A DNA stretch of 64,000 nucleotides from Candidatus Latescibacterota bacterium. Its GTDB lineage: Bacteria > Latescibacterota > UBA2968 > GCA-2709665. The notes beneath the pieces were generated by a model. That model saw only the letters and a program-made list of their open reading frames with translations. It did no database searches and was not told the origin of the DNA. The stretch lies in NCBI GenBank assembly GCA_965226795.1, contig CBDDDZ010000005.1, positions 1,504,001 to 1,568,000 of the forward strand. The letters are read 5' to 3'. Of this stretch, positions 63,759 to 64,000 are shown piece by piece (within the stretch, counting starts at the first letter, position 1; each line of letters begins with the position of its first letter). The position numbers and the translations under genes are program-made.

Positions 63759-64000
63759 CACATCATTTCCAGAGAATACTCTATGAGCTCCACACGATGG
63801 TCCCGTTGCACCTGGTCCACGACTTTGGAAAGTACGCGATTGACGTAACGCGATTCGTTCGCCACCATGGCCACGCCAACCTCAGCCTTCTGCCAGAGTT
63901 CGTTATGGCCGACCTCCGAAACGGATACGTTGTATTTCGCCCGTATCCGTTGCTGAAGACTCTCCAGAACGCGGCGTTTCCCTTTTAACGAACCGCTCTC
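63758..64000 (-). CDS. DUF503 (YlxP) family protein, 5'-truncated; not in the ORF track
   Basis: Minus-strand frame 'SLKGKRRVL..RAKYNVSVSEV..ELWQKAEVGVA' in the usual position upstream of rbfA. Confidence 0.88.
   Translation of the reverse strand, partial: ESGSLKGKRRVLESLQQRIRAKYNVSVSEVGHNELWQKAEVGVAMVANESRYVNRVLSKVVDQVQRDHRVELIEYSLEMM

Noticed and set aside
1..64000. CRISPR arrays, tRNA/rRNA genes, prophage or reverse-transcriptase systems
   Set aside because: By eye I found no regularly spaced repeats, tRNA or rRNA signatures, phage genes or RT motifs; a computational scan would be needed to exclude them.

Overview
GC-rich bacterial chromosomal segment. The lineage is uncertain; an FCB-group or Latescibacterota-like origin is only an inference from a FlgD-Ig/T9SS-type C-terminal domain and overall gene content. 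From left to right it holds: (1) a secreted lamin-tail protein, a PP2C phosphatase, an aldehyde dehydrogenase, HU/IHF, a class V aminotransferase, a MITE-like hairpin and an ankyrin pseudogene; (2) an NAD-linked formate dehydrogenase operon whose alpha subunit is a selenoprotein (in-frame TGA at 11570-11572 plus SECIS), which the ORF track splits in two; (3) a putative methylated-amine/C1 cluster (homocysteine S-methyltransferase-SAM methyltransferase fusion, SDRs, frameshifted dimethylformamidase-like gene, BHMT-like enzyme, ThDP enzyme, orphan MgdA-like flavoprotein, tandem Rid protein); (4) a ~15 kb hybrid ABC/RND exporter operon that includes an AcrB-type pump fused to an ABC ATPase and a permease fused to an M1-peptidase-like ectodomain lacking HExxH, the best candidate for an undescribed system; (5) cdaA-ybbR, a TPR protein and a heparinase-like propeller protein; (6) a decayed IS1182/IS1380 island next to a XerC/D dif-like site at 53002-53029, around which gene orientation converges, so this is probably the replication terminus; (7) gcvT and the housekeeping block DUF503-rbfA-truB-ribF-rpsO-pnp-asnS-leuS. 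Several accessory genes are broken by small indels, often in G-runs. All family assignments come from motif recognition by eye; no database searches were run.
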